Assembly (NCBI GenBank): GCA_049511095.1
Contig: JBEKYJ010000001.1
Span: 1 to 59,548, forward strand
DNA length: 59,548 bases
From: Verrucomicrobiia bacterium
Lineage (GTDB): Bacteria > Verrucomicrobiota > Verrucomicrobiia > Palsa-1439
Direction: 5' to 3'
The notes under the pieces were generated by a model. It did not search any database. It saw only the letters and a list, made by a program, of their open reading frames with translations, and was not told the origin of the DNA. The stretch's first letter is position 1. The number at the start of each line of letters is the position of its first letter. Both the position numbers and the translations under genes were made by a program. Shown here one piece after another: positions 45,970-54,579 of this stretch.

Positions 45970-47330
45970 CCGGCTTTCCCTGAAGAAGATACCACAGAAG
46001 TGAAGGTGCCATCAAGCACCTTGGTTGAAATCTTAGTGCCTGCGGTGACGTGGCGTATGGTGCGGACGATGCGGCCTGACTCAGGAATGAGGGTGATGCT
46101 GTAACCGCGCCGTAACGTGGCCTTCGGGCTGAGAAGCTCCAGCTTGGCGTCCGCTTGGGCGAGGCGATGCCTTGTTCCTTGTTGGCGATGCGTCCAGGAT
46201 GCCTGGAAACGCTGTTCGTCCGAACCAAGCCGCTGCCGCCAGTTGACCAGAAACGCCTGGGGGCTGAGCAGTTTGAATTTTTCGCTGGCCGTGTCCAATT
46301 GCGCGCGGTGCGCACGGAAGGCCGCACTCGTGGCCCGCGTGAGACGGTGACCATAATCATCAACTTGCTGCTGGTATTGTCGAATAATCTCGGTGGGGCG
46401 GCGGAAGACGTAGCTCGATGCCAAGTCGGAGAAGTGTTGGCGCGTTTCGGCGAGCCGCAGCCGCAGATCCTTTTGCAGGCGCGACTGATACTGTCCGATC
46501 TGGTGCGCGAATTCGTCCTTGGCCTTCACCACCAACTCGGCGGCGGCGCTCGGCGTCGGCGCGCGAAGGTCGGCAACAAAATCGGAAATGGTGAAGTCGA
46601 TTTCGTGACCGACGGCGGAGATGGTGGGGATTTTCGAGCGCGCGAGGGCGCGGGCGACCACTTCTTCGTTAAAGGCCCACAAATCCTCGAGCGAGCCGCC
46701 GCCGCGGGTCACGATCAGCACGTCGAGCGGCAGGCGGTGTGTTGTATGTAAGGTGTTGAATTCGTCGATGGCGGCGGCGATTTCCTGCGCCGCGCCGTCG
46801 CCTTGAACCCGGACGGGATGGATCACGATATGCACGTTGGGGAAGCGGCGCCCGATGATGTTAAGGAAATCGCGGATTGCGGCGCCCGTGGGAGAGGTGA
46901 TGAGGCCGATGTGCTGGGGCAGGGCGGGGATGGGCTTTTTGCGCGCGGGATCGAACAGGCCTTCCTTCGCGAGGCGCTGCTTGAGTTCCTCGAACGCGAG
47001 TTGCAGCGCGCCAAGCCCTTTTGGCAGAAGCCGGCGGGCGACGAGCTGGTACTGCCCGCTCTTCTCGTAGACGCTGATGTCGCCGGACGCGATGACCTGC
47101 AGACCGTCCTTGAGCTTGAAACCGACCTTCGCCGCCACGCCGCGAAACAGCACGACAGGCAATTGCGCGTTGGCATCCTTCAGCGTGAAATACACGTGGC
47201 CCGACGATGGCGAGCGGAGATTGGAAACCTCACCCTCGACCCACACACTGGGGAACTTGTCTTCGAGCAGGTCCTTGATGCGATGCGTCAGATCCGTGAC
47301 GCTGAGAACTTGTGCGGGTGCGGTTGGCAT
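45966..47330 (-). CDS. xseA: Exodeoxyribonuclease VII large subunit
   Basis: 454 aa. N-terminal OB fold (VWVEGEVSNLR.PSSGHVYFTLKD) and a catalytic region (VGLITSPTGAAIRDF...RGGGS.EDLW.FN). Overlaps xseB by 4 nt. Confidence 0.95.
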   Translation of the reverse strand: MPTAPAQVLSVTDLTHRIKDLLEDKFPSVWVEGEVSNLRSPSSGHVYFTLKDANAQLPVVLFRGVAAKVGFKLKDGLQVIASGDISVYEKSGQYQLVARRLLPKGLGALQLAFEELKQRLAKEGLFDPARKKPIPALPQHIGLITSPTGAAIRDFLNIIGRRFPNVHIVIHPVRVQGDGAAQEIAAAIDEFNTLHTTHRLPLDVLIVTRGGGSLEDLWAFNEEVVARALARSKIPTISAVGHEIDFTISDFVADLRAPTPSAAAELVVKAKDEFAHQIGQYQSRLQKDLRLRLAETRQHFSDLASSYVFRRPTEIIRQYQQQVDDYGHRLTRATSAAFRAHRAQLDTASEKFKLLSPQAFLVNWRQRLGSDEQRFQASWTHRQQGTRHRLAQADAKLELLSPKATLRRGYSITLIPESGRIVRTIRHVTAGTKISTKVLDGTFTSVVSSSGKAG

Positions 47331-47338
47331 CGGATTGG

Positions 47339-48097
47339 TCAGTTTAGGTGAGACTTCACGCGCTTAAGAGCCTGCCGCGCCTGGCCCCAGTAATAGTCGT
47401 CGGTCACCCACGCGCGCGGCATGGTGAGCGCCTTTTCTAGGGTGTCGTTGGCTTCCCGCCAGCGGCGCGCCGAGGCGAGCGTGATGCCGAGTTCGACGCG
47501 ATGCGGGATGGTCGTGGGCTCAAGCTGGCTGGCGCGCTCCAGGTCATGAATCGCGTCGTCGAGGGAGGCGGATGGAAACTTTCCGTAGATCAACTCGGCA
47601 AACTTGCGCAAGATCCAGTTCAACTCGGCCATCTCCCGGTTCCAGACGCCGAGAACATGCCAGGCGATGTCTTCCTTATCGTTGCGTTTGATCGCGCGCT
47701 CGGCTTCCTTCTTCACCTCGCTGGCGAGTTGGACCTTGCGTTTGCCGCCTTCATACAGCGCGAGCTTGCCGACGGCGACGGCGAGGTAGGCGTGGCCCTT
47801 GGAATCGTCGGGTTTGAGTTTCACGGCGGCCCGCGCCAGTTGCTCGGCTTCGATGCAGCACTGTTTCTGCTCGCTCAAGTCCTTTGAAAGCGTGCTGGTA
47901 TCGCAGAGTGCGCGGGCGAGTTTCCAGGTGGCTTCGTAATCGTCGGGTGCCCGGGCCTGCGCGGCGCGGTAGGCGCTGAGGGCCGAGGGGAGATCGAATT
48001 TTGCCAGCGCGGCATCGCCAGCGGCGACATCCTGTTGCGCGCGCGCGCCGGTAACCGCCCCGAAAAGAAACAGAGCCAGCCAAAGGCTACGGCTCAT
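47339..48097 (-). CDS. Secreted helical-repeat (TPR-like) protein, function unknown
   Basis: 252 aa. Signal peptide MSRSLWLALFLFGAVTGARA. The alpha-helical repeat character is judged by eye. Overlaps the upstream small gene by 11 nt. Confidence 0.6.
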   Translation of the reverse strand: MSRSLWLALFLFGAVTGARAQQDVAAGDAALAKFDLPSALSAYRAAQARAPDDYEATWKLARALCDTSTLSKDLSEQKQCCIEAEQLARAAVKLKPDDSKGHAYLAVAVGKLALYEGGKRKVQLASEVKKEAERAIKRNDKEDIAWHVLGVWNREMAELNWILRKFAELIYGKFPSASLDDAIHDLERASQLEPTTIPHRVELGITLASARRWREANDTLEKALTMPRAWVTDDYYWGQARQALKRVKSHLN

Positions 48098-48437
48098 AGT
48101 CTTCGTTGGGGAACTCCGGTCTCATGACGGGTTTGTAGCCCTTGGGCAAAGGAACGGGGAAGGTGACGATATCATACGCCCCGGCGAACTCGCGTGCAAT
48201 CCAGCGGACGACTCCCTTGCCGACTCCGTACGTCACGCCCGCACCGCCGCCGTGCGCCGAGGTGGTCTTGGTGACTTGATTGGGAACCTCCACGATGCCG
48301 AACAGCACATTGGCAACGCCGCGACCGAGTTTGCGCAGCGCATTCTGGCCCTTGGGGGCGTCTTCGTAGTCAGCTCTCACGCCGAGAGGCAGGAGAAAGG
48401 CGAAGACCAGCAACAAACCGAGCAGTTTGGCTTTCAT
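48087..48437 (-). CDS. Small secreted protein, possibly of the exosortase-associated TIGR04073-like family
   Basis: 116 aa. Signal peptide MKAKLLGLLLVFAFLLPLGVRA, followed by KLGRGVANVLFGIVEVPNQV.... The family assignment is from memory only. Confidence 0.45.
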   Translation of the reverse strand: MKAKLLGLLLVFAFLLPLGVRADYEDAPKGQNALRKLGRGVANVLFGIVEVPNQVTKTTSAHGGGAGVTYGVGKGVVRWIAREFAGAYDIVTFPVPLPKGYKPVMRPEFPNEDYEP

Positions 48438-48521
48438 GCGTCCAGTATAGCCGGTCGGTGTCGGCTCTTCAATTTCTTTCCCTTGCGTGTCTCAACGGCG
48501 CTCCAGTAAACTTGAAGTGCG

Positions 48522-49265
48522 ATGAACCTGAAGGGCAAGACGGCACTGGTCACCGGCGCGGCGAAACGGGTCGGACGCGAGATTGCCCTCGGTCTGGCAC
48601 GGCGCGGGGCGAACATCGTTGTGCATTACAACTCATCCGCGCCCGACGCGCGGCGGGTGGTCGCGGAGATCAAGGCGCTGGGCGTGGATGCCATTGCGGT
48701 CAAGGCGAACCAGACGAACGCGCGCGAAGTCCGCGTGGCAGTCGCCAAGGCCGTGAACCATTTTCGCGACATCCACGTGCTGGTGACGAGCGCCGCCGTG
48801 TACCGAAAAACGCCGTTCGACACGCTGACCGAGCGCGACTGGGATTTTCACATCGACGCGAATCTCAAGGGGCCGTTCCTGTTTGCGCTCGAAGTGGGAC
48901 GGCACATGAAGAAGCGCGGGATCGCCGGCAAGATCGTCACCTTTGCCGATTGGTCGGCGATTCGGCCGTATGCGGACTATCTGCCGTACTGCGTCTCGAA
49001 AGCGGGCGTCATCTGCCTGACCAAATCGCTGGCCAAAGCGCTGGGACCGAAGGTGCAGGTTAACGCCATCGCGCCCGGGCCCGTGTTGCTTCCACCGGAT
49101 TTCACCGAGAAGGAAACGCGAGAAGTGATTGAGGCAACGCTCGTGAAACGGCTCGGTTCGCCGCAGGACATTGTCAATTCCGTCCTGTTTCTCATCGAAG
49201 GCGGCGATTTCATCACGGGTCACACGCTCGTGGTGGACGGCGGGCGCTTGATTGCGGGAGTGTGA
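48522..49265 (+). CDS. Short-chain dehydrogenase/reductase, pteridine-reductase (PTR1/FolM)-like
   Basis: 247 aa. Contains TALVTGAAKRVGREIALGLARRGANIVVHYNSS (a PTR1-like cofactor motif) and a YxxxK catalytic pair (YCVSK). Confidence 0.75.
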   Translation: MNLKGKTALVTGAAKRVGREIALGLARRGANIVVHYNSSAPDARRVVAEIKALGVDAIAVKANQTNAREVRVAVAKAVNHFRDIHVLVTSAAVYRKTPFDTLTERDWDFHIDANLKGPFLFALEVGRHMKKRGIAGKIVTFADWSAIRPYADYLPYCVSKAGVICLTKSLAKALGPKVQVNAIAPGPVLLPPDFTEKETREVIEATLVKRLGSPQDIVNSVLFLIEGGDFITGHTLVVDGGRLIAGV

Positions 49266-49379
49266 GCGAGGGCGTCTGTTGCGTGGCATCGGCCCCACAT
49301 TAGAGGTACGATGCAGGCGGGGGTGGCGAGTCGGACGAGAGACGCAACAGTGAAGTTTCTGGTGCAACCGTTAGCCGTT

Positions 49380-49600
49380 ATCTCAAATCGGGACGACGCA
49401 TTGTGGAGTATCGTCGGCTGGGAATTCACGATGCGGTCAACGGCGTAGAATTCCATCAACTCCGACGGGTACGGCTTGAGCAGCGGCAACAACTTGGCCG
49501 GGTCATCAATCTTCGGATCAAACCACGCGGCTTCGGCTTCGCGCGGACTGCACGACTTCAGGGTCGAATCATCACTAGCTTCATTTTGAACCGACGCACC
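49380..49600 (-). pseudogene. C-terminal remnant of an SOS-response-associated peptidase (SRAP/YedK-like) gene
   Basis: Part of minus-strand ORF 49220..49927 reads ...SPREAEAAWFDPKIDDPAKLLPLLKPYPSELMEFYAVDRIVNS.... This matches the SRAP C-terminal pattern (..LSPE....W......L..LL.P.P...M..Y.VS..VN). No N-terminal Cys2 domain is present because the 2TM gene occupies that space. The native stop is lost, and the boundaries are approximate. Confidence 0.45.
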
Positions 49601-49658
49601 GCGCTCAGTGCATGAGGTTTGTTTGGCTGACGCCGCGCAGCTACCGTTGAGACGGAAG

Positions 49659-50546
49659 CTACAACGGGGGTAGAAGCTTTGAGCTATGGTTTGGGAATAT
49701 CCAGAAACCGATACCTTGCCCGGGGAACACCACTCCGGAATAACTGAAACTGCAGTGCCGAGCTGACTTGGACTCCTCAAGGAGGCGTTTCTTCCAAAAT
49801 ACTGCGTCCATGTAGCCGATGTTGTAACCATCAGTATCAACGTCCAAATTGATACGTATGCCCTCCACTGCAGTGTTGAATGACTCGTAGTATGAAAAGG
49901 ACTCTCCGCAAGAGAAACTGGACTCAATGAGGAACTGCAAGCTTTCGCTGGGCTTTAGCCGAAACTGCCTCTCGTGGAAAAGAGACAAACCAGTTGTGGA
50001 CAGCGGGACGTTTGTTTTCTCATAGTGGACCCGATTATCACGCAGATCAATTGCTCTCACCGAGTGGATCTTTAGAGTTCTTCCATGATCAGGAAGAAAT
50101 CCACGATGGTATTCATCGCGGAGCGGGTATGTGACTGCCTCCGAGGATCTATTAGTGACAACGAAAGAAGTCGTAATCTGACAATCGAGCTTGCCCGCTT
50201 TGGCTGTAAACCGATAAGAAGAAGAAAACTGATGCCGCTTTAGCTGTCCGCCCGAAATGACCTCGACGATCCCTGCTGCTAGTTCGTCCGGAACGGGCGC
50301 TCCAGTTAGTCCTGACAGCGCGGCTTTCGCCCCCTGATAATTCCAGTGCTTGGTGAAGTCCTCAAGCTTCTTATAAAAGAGCGCTTCAAAAACATACGAA
50401 ACGGTGAGGGAAACGAGTGCTGCGGCACCGATGTTTCCTAGCAGGTCAAAGATCGATTCTCTTGTTACTCCTCCTCTGTGGAGGACTGGCATAGCCATAA
50501 GAAACACCGCCACTCCTACGGCCATTATATATGCAATAAGCCGCAT
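49659..50546 (-). CDS. Hypothetical membrane protein: two N-terminal TM helices plus a ~220-aa beta-strand-rich domain
   Basis: 295 aa. TM1 is LIAYIMAVGVAVFLMAMPVL and TM2 is LLGNIGAAALVSLTVSYVFEALF. The remainder has alternating-pattern, strand-like sequence. The gene is AT-rich relative to its surroundings. I recognise no family. Confidence 0.65.
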   Translation of the reverse strand: MRLIAYIMAVGVAVFLMAMPVLHRGGVTRESIFDLLGNIGAAALVSLTVSYVFEALFYKKLEDFTKHWNYQGAKAALSGLTGAPVPDELAAGIVEVISGGQLKRHQFSSSYRFTAKAGKLDCQITTSFVVTNRSSEAVTYPLRDEYHRGFLPDHGRTLKIHSVRAIDLRDNRVHYEKTNVPLSTTGLSLFHERQFRLKPSESLQFLIESSFSCGESFSYYESFNTAVEGIRINLDVDTDGYNIGYMDAVFWKKRLLEESKSARHCSFSYSGVVFPGQGIGFWIFPNHSSKLLPPL

Positions 50547-50642
50547 CTGTCTGAATCTCGCAAGAGCTGATCTTGGAGAAGCAATTAACGTATTGGCGGA
50601 GGAGGCTGGGGATCCGGTGGCCGGGGCATAGGCGGCGTCGAC

Positions 50643-51092
50643 CTAGCTTTCATGGGGCTCTCCTTTATCATCGCGTCTGTAATTTAGCTGCGCTAGCGTA
50701 AAGCCAGCCTTCTGGAAAAGATGTTGCGAGATTTTGTTCTCAATGTCAACCCAAGTTTGGTATGAGCGAACACCATTTTCATTCGACTTGGACATGATGA
50801 AATCGACTATCTTTCGCCCGTATTGTTGCCGGCGACATGTGGGGAAGACATAGACGAGGTCGATGTAGCACATTGTTTCCCCCAAAGGAGTGATGAAGTA
50901 GAAACCCGCCAGTCCGATTTTCTGCCCGTTCTCTTCAAAAAGATAGAGGTGGCTATGATTCAGCACCAGCTGCCTCACATTCTGTTCAGCAAGTGCTCTA
51001 ACTCTTTGTGAAACCCCTTCAGGGTGACACGATGCCCAAGCCTCAGCATATGTCTCCAAGTCTTCGTGGCTCAAGATCGGTCTGTGTTTCAC
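50643..51092 (-). CDS. GNAT-family N-acetyltransferase
   Basis: 149 aa. Acetyl-CoA-binding-type segment VYVFPTCRRQQYGRKIVDFIM and C-terminal ...HLFQKAGF. AT-rich like the downstream 2TM gene, which is 96 nt away on the same strand. Confidence 0.7.
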   Translation of the reverse strand: MKHRPILSHEDLETYAEAWASCHPEGVSQRVRALAEQNVRQLVLNHSHLYLFEENGQKIGLAGFYFITPLGETMCYIDLVYVFPTCRRQQYGRKIVDFIMSKSNENGVRSYQTWVDIENKISQHLFQKAGFTLAQLNYRRDDKGEPHES

Positions 51093-51275
51093 TACTCAAC
51101 TCTTATCCATAACGGTCTCGCATTACAAGCGGGCGAATCGTAGCGTGAATCGAGCAGCGAGGGAAGCTGCGAGAGGACGTTGTGTCGTGTCAACGCTCGA
51201 AGGGTGGGGCGAGTGGGCCGGAGCCGTCCCTACCCGCGAGGCGGACGGGCGTTGATTTACTGAGGGGTTTGCAGC

Positions 51276-51689
51276 ATGATGGCGTGCATGTTCCGGGTCA
51301 CGAAACATATTGAGTTCTGTTACGGGCATCGGTTGCTCCATTACGAGGGGAAGTGCCGGCATTTGCACGGGCACAACGGGCGGGTGGAAGTGCACATCGA
51401 GGCCGACAAGCTGGATGCGCGCGGGATGGTGCAGGATTTTTCCGACATCAAGGAGGCCATCAAGAACTGGATCGATGACACACTCGATCACCGGATGTTG
51501 CTGCACAAGGACGATCCGATTGTGCCCGTGTTGAAGCAGCGCGGCGAATTGTTCTACGTGATGGACGAGAATCCCACCGCGGAAAACATCGCAAAGCTTA
51601 TCTTCGACCACGCGCGGTCGAAGGGGTTGCCGGTCGTGGAGGTGCAGTTGTGGGAAACGCCGACGTCGTCGGCCAGTTATCGCGGCTAG
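51276..51689 (+). CDS. queD: 6-carboxytetrahydropterin / 6-pyruvoyl-tetrahydropterin synthase family protein
   Basis: 137 aa. Contains FCYGHRLLHYEGKCRHLHGHNGRVEV...DHRMLL. The Cys, His and His-x-His zinc/catalytic pattern fits QueD/PTPS. The start could be any of the Met codons at 51276, 51279 or 51288. Confidence 0.8.
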   Translation: MMACMFRVTKHIEFCYGHRLLHYEGKCRHLHGHNGRVEVHIEADKLDARGMVQDFSDIKEAIKNWIDDTLDHRMLLHKDDPIVPVLKQRGELFYVMDENPTAENIAKLIFDHARSKGLPVVEVQLWETPTSSASYRG

Positions 51690-51764
51690 AGATTGCGCGG
51701 TCACAGGCCCGCGGTCATTTGAACCCGACAGCGACTTGGAGTAAGTTGCCGGCAGGTGGTTGGA

Positions 51765-52412
51765 ATGAGCGTGAGACGACAAGCCGTCAGCCATTTGGTT
51801 TGTGTCGCTCTGGCAGGAGCCTTGGCCGTGGTGATCTTGTGCTTGAGTCCCACTCGTGGAGTTTGGAGGGAGTCAGTGCCGGCCAATCGATTGGCGGGGC
51901 ACGTTTCGCCCGGCCCGCTGGCCATGAACACAGCGACCACCGCACCCGCAAGCACCAACACCGTTGAAACTGCGGCGGCGAATACTGCGTTGTGGGATGA
52001 CGACGTCCTGAAACCCGGCGCGACGAGTTCGGGTGACCGTTGGGAGAAATTTGAGCAGGAATATGGGATCAAACAGGAAAGCCCGTCGACTTTGGGGCGG
52101 ATGATCCAGTCGGCCAAGTATGGGTTGGATACGATGTGCTTTACCGCGTTGGAAGGGGCCAAAGAACTCGAGTTCACGCACGATTTCGGGGTAGACTCGG
52201 AGAGCGGCACCGGGGAGGCACAACCCGATTACTCGGTTCCGATGGTTGGCCGATTGGGCCACGCGCAATTGAAGTCTGAAGTCACGGTCCACGATCCGCA
52301 GACGGGAGAGGCGTTCATCGGATTGAAACTGGCGATCCCGTTTGGACCGGGTCAGGGAACAACGCCGAAGGTCCCGCACAGTCGGCTCGGCCGGGACGAA
52401 GGCAGCGAGTGA
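51765..52412 (+). CDS. Hypothetical membrane-anchored or exported protein
   Basis: ORF 51756..52412, taking the ATG at 51765 (AGGTGG lies 8 nt upstream). N-terminal hydrophobic segment HLVCVALAGALAVVILCL. No recognisable domain. Confidence 0.55.
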   Translation: MSVRRQAVSHLVCVALAGALAVVILCLSPTRGVWRESVPANRLAGHVSPGPLAMNTATTAPASTNTVETAAANTALWDDDVLKPGATSSGDRWEKFEQEYGIKQESPSTLGRMIQSAKYGLDTMCFTALEGAKELEFTHDFGVDSESGTGEAQPDYSVPMVGRLGHAQLKSEVTVHDPQTGEAFIGLKLAIPFGPGQGTTPKVPHSRLGRDEGSE

Positions 52413-52450
52413 GCTGCGACAGAGTGATAAACGTGGGAGGAGGCCAATCG

Positions 52451-52891
52451 ATGAAGTGCTCTATGGTACAAGTCGTCGTTGGAGTTGGCGTGGCGGTGAT
52501 GGCGTTATCGTGCGCGGAACAATCGTCTGTGCTGAAACCAGCAACCACGGAAGCGACGGTCACGGGGAGAGGCGAGATTGTGCCGGCGACAACCGAGTTC
52601 GCGGGAACGATTGGCAAGGTCGATGCGGAGAAGGGGTTGATACGGGTGGAGCACTGGCCGCTCTCGAAGACGTTCCGCGTGCCGCCGGAATGTCTGATCG
52701 ACATACCGACGAAGGCGGGCGGCGGCCTGGCTCAGTTGAAGGTTGAGGACGCGGTGGTCGTGACCTACTCGGAAGACGGCAAGGAGTTTGTGGCCAACCG
52801 AATCGTCCGCCAAGGGAAGGCGTTTAACAAGGAACGCGACGAGAAGCTGGAACGTCTCAACGAGATGATCAATCCCAGCCCGAATCAATAG
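52451..52891 (+). CDS. Hypothetical lipoprotein
   Basis: ORF 52409..52891 trimmed to the ATG at 52451, preceded by GGAGGA. The signal peptide MKCSMVQVVVGVGVAVMALS|C carries a lipobox-like ALSC. Confidence 0.6.
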   Translation: MKCSMVQVVVGVGVAVMALSCAEQSSVLKPATTEATVTGRGEIVPATTEFAGTIGKVDAEKGLIRVEHWPLSKTFRVPPECLIDIPTKAGGGLAQLKVEDAVVVTYSEDGKEFVANRIVRQGKAFNKERDEKLERLNEMINPSPNQ

Positions 52892-52900
52892 CGGCCAGTG

Positions 52901-54322
52901 TCACTGGCGAGACTGCAGTCGGGCGAGCGCGGTTTGCGCCTCGGGGTAATCGGGGTGGGTTCGCAACGCTTGCTGGTAATGCCAGATGGCATCATTGGTC
53001 TTGCCGGCTCGCTCCAAGGTGACTCCGAGGCGGTAGTGCGCCTCGCTGTCATCAGGGTTGAGTTGCAGCGCCTGCTCCGAGTGTCCCATGGCCTTTTCGA
53101 TTTTGTCTTGTTGAATCAGGATAGCGCCCAGGTTGTTGTGCGCCATCCAAGCGGCCGGGTTCCTGGCCAAGGTATCGCGCCAGAGAGTTTCCTGGTCCTG
53201 ATAAATGCGCGCCTGCTTCCAGGTGGATACAGCCAGCAGCACCAGCACGAGGGCGGTAGCCAGCCTTCCCGAGTCGCGGCCGTGTTGACCGGCGCGCTGA
53301 TACATGGCCGCGCCCGCACTGACCGTCAAGGCGATCAACCCGATGCACGCCATGTACTGAAAGTGGTCGGCAACGTAGGAGTAGCGGAATGGGTAAAGAT
53401 CAAAGAAACCCAACGCTGGCACCAGTGGCGCGATCAGAACAACCACGGCAGCCACCGGGAACAGGTACTGCCACGCCAGACTGGCATCGATTTCCCAGTG
53501 CGGATAGATGAAGGTGAGGTTGTGCGGCCAAAACAGCTTGCCCGCATAAAACCACAGCGCCCGTCCCGCCAGCAGGCAACGCTGGACAAACGACAACGTC
53601 CATTCCGCTCCGGCGGCACCCGCGTGTTTCTCCATCTGGATGGTGACGAGGCCCAGGGCCGCTCCGAGGACCAACAGGGGCGCCAACGCCAGTGCATCCC
53701 GCTTTCCGACCCGGCCGGTCTTCCACCAGACCAGCAACAGCAATGCCGCGGGCAAGGAACACGTCACCGTCTTGCTCAGCAGGGCCGCGAGAAACAGGGC
53801 GATCACCAGTGGATAAATCCGCCAGTCCCACGCGCGCACCGACTTCGGGTCCGTGAGGGGTCGAAACCGCAGATACGTTAAGGCGGCCAGCAAATAGAAC
53901 AGACCGGAAAGGACGTTCTTGCGTTCCGTGATCCAAGCCACCGACTCGACCTGTACCGGGTGGATGGCGAAGATCGTTGCCGCCAGCCACGCGCCCGAAA
54001 TCTCCAGTTTCCGCAACACCCGCCAGAGCAGGAGCGCATTGAGGGTGTGCAACAGAATGTTGACGAGGTGATACCCGAACGGCTGCAACCCCCAGAGATG
54101 ATATTCCACCCAGAAACTGGTAAAGACCAACGGATAGTATTGGATGGTGGTACCGGGCTTGATCCAGATCCCTTTCAGACCATCCACCGACCCGAGCGCT
54201 AAATTCTCGGTTACGTAGCTTTCATCATCCCAGATGAAGCCCGCGTGACGCAGCACCGGCTGGTACGCCACGAGTGTGGCCACCAGCAAGAGCAACGCGA
54301 ATCGCCAGGAGCCGTTTGTCAT
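52901..54322 (-). CDS. Polytopic membrane protein with C-terminal TPR repeats (TMTC/PMT-type glycosyltransferase-like)
   Basis: 473 aa. The N-terminal FIWDDESYVTEN motif is followed by about 9 hydrophobic segments and then TPR units (AHNNLGAILIQQDKIEKAMGHSEQALQLNPDDSEAHYRLGVTL...). Confidence 0.7.
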   Translation of the reverse strand: MTNGSWRFALLLLVATLVAYQPVLRHAGFIWDDESYVTENLALGSVDGLKGIWIKPGTTIQYYPLVFTSFWVEYHLWGLQPFGYHLVNILLHTLNALLLWRVLRKLEISGAWLAATIFAIHPVQVESVAWITERKNVLSGLFYLLAALTYLRFRPLTDPKSVRAWDWRIYPLVIALFLAALLSKTVTCSLPAALLLLVWWKTGRVGKRDALALAPLLVLGAALGLVTIQMEKHAGAAGAEWTLSFVQRCLLAGRALWFYAGKLFWPHNLTFIYPHWEIDASLAWQYLFPVAAVVVLIAPLVPALGFFDLYPFRYSYVADHFQYMACIGLIALTVSAGAAMYQRAGQHGRDSGRLATALVLVLLAVSTWKQARIYQDQETLWRDTLARNPAAWMAHNNLGAILIQQDKIEKAMGHSEQALQLNPDDSEAHYRLGVTLERAGKTNDAIWHYQQALRTHPDYPEAQTALARLQSRQ

Positions 54323-54436
54323 GCCCCGACATCATAAAGTTTCGTCGGCAGGCAGGCAAGATTCCCCACGGATCTGGAAGGCGCACGCCTTCGTGGCAGG
54401 CCGCAGTAAATGCGCCTGGGGTCAGGCAAAACGCAT

Positions 54437-54465
54437 TTGCTTCCACTTCGGCGGAGACGTATCAT
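54437..54465 (+). promoter_or_regulatory. Candidate promoter for tRNA-Leu(UAA)
   Basis: TTGCTT (54437..54442), 17-nt spacer, TATCAT (54460..54465). The tRNA starts 18 nt downstream. Confidence 0.35.
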
Positions 54466-54482
54466 GCGGCGCGTTGCTGGAT

Positions 54483-54579
<97 letters not shown>

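Noticed and set aside
49220-49927. 235-aa minus-strand ORF as a real gene
   Set aside because: It is a composite. Its middle is the SRAP C-terminal remnant. Its 5' part overlaps the 3' end of the better-supported 2TM gene in another frame, and its 3' part is antisense to the SDR gene.
49266-51235. Weak sequence resemblance between the two edges of the AT-rich insertion: GCGAGGGCGTCTGTTGCGTG...GGTGGCGAGTCGG at about 49266-49335, against GCGAGAGGACGTTGTGTCGTG...GGTGGGGCGAGTGGG at about 51166-51215. These could be target-site or att repeats.
   Set aside because: The alignment needs several mismatches and a ~20-nt spacing difference. GC-rich flanks can give this level of similarity by chance. 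It needs a proper alignment before it can be claimed.
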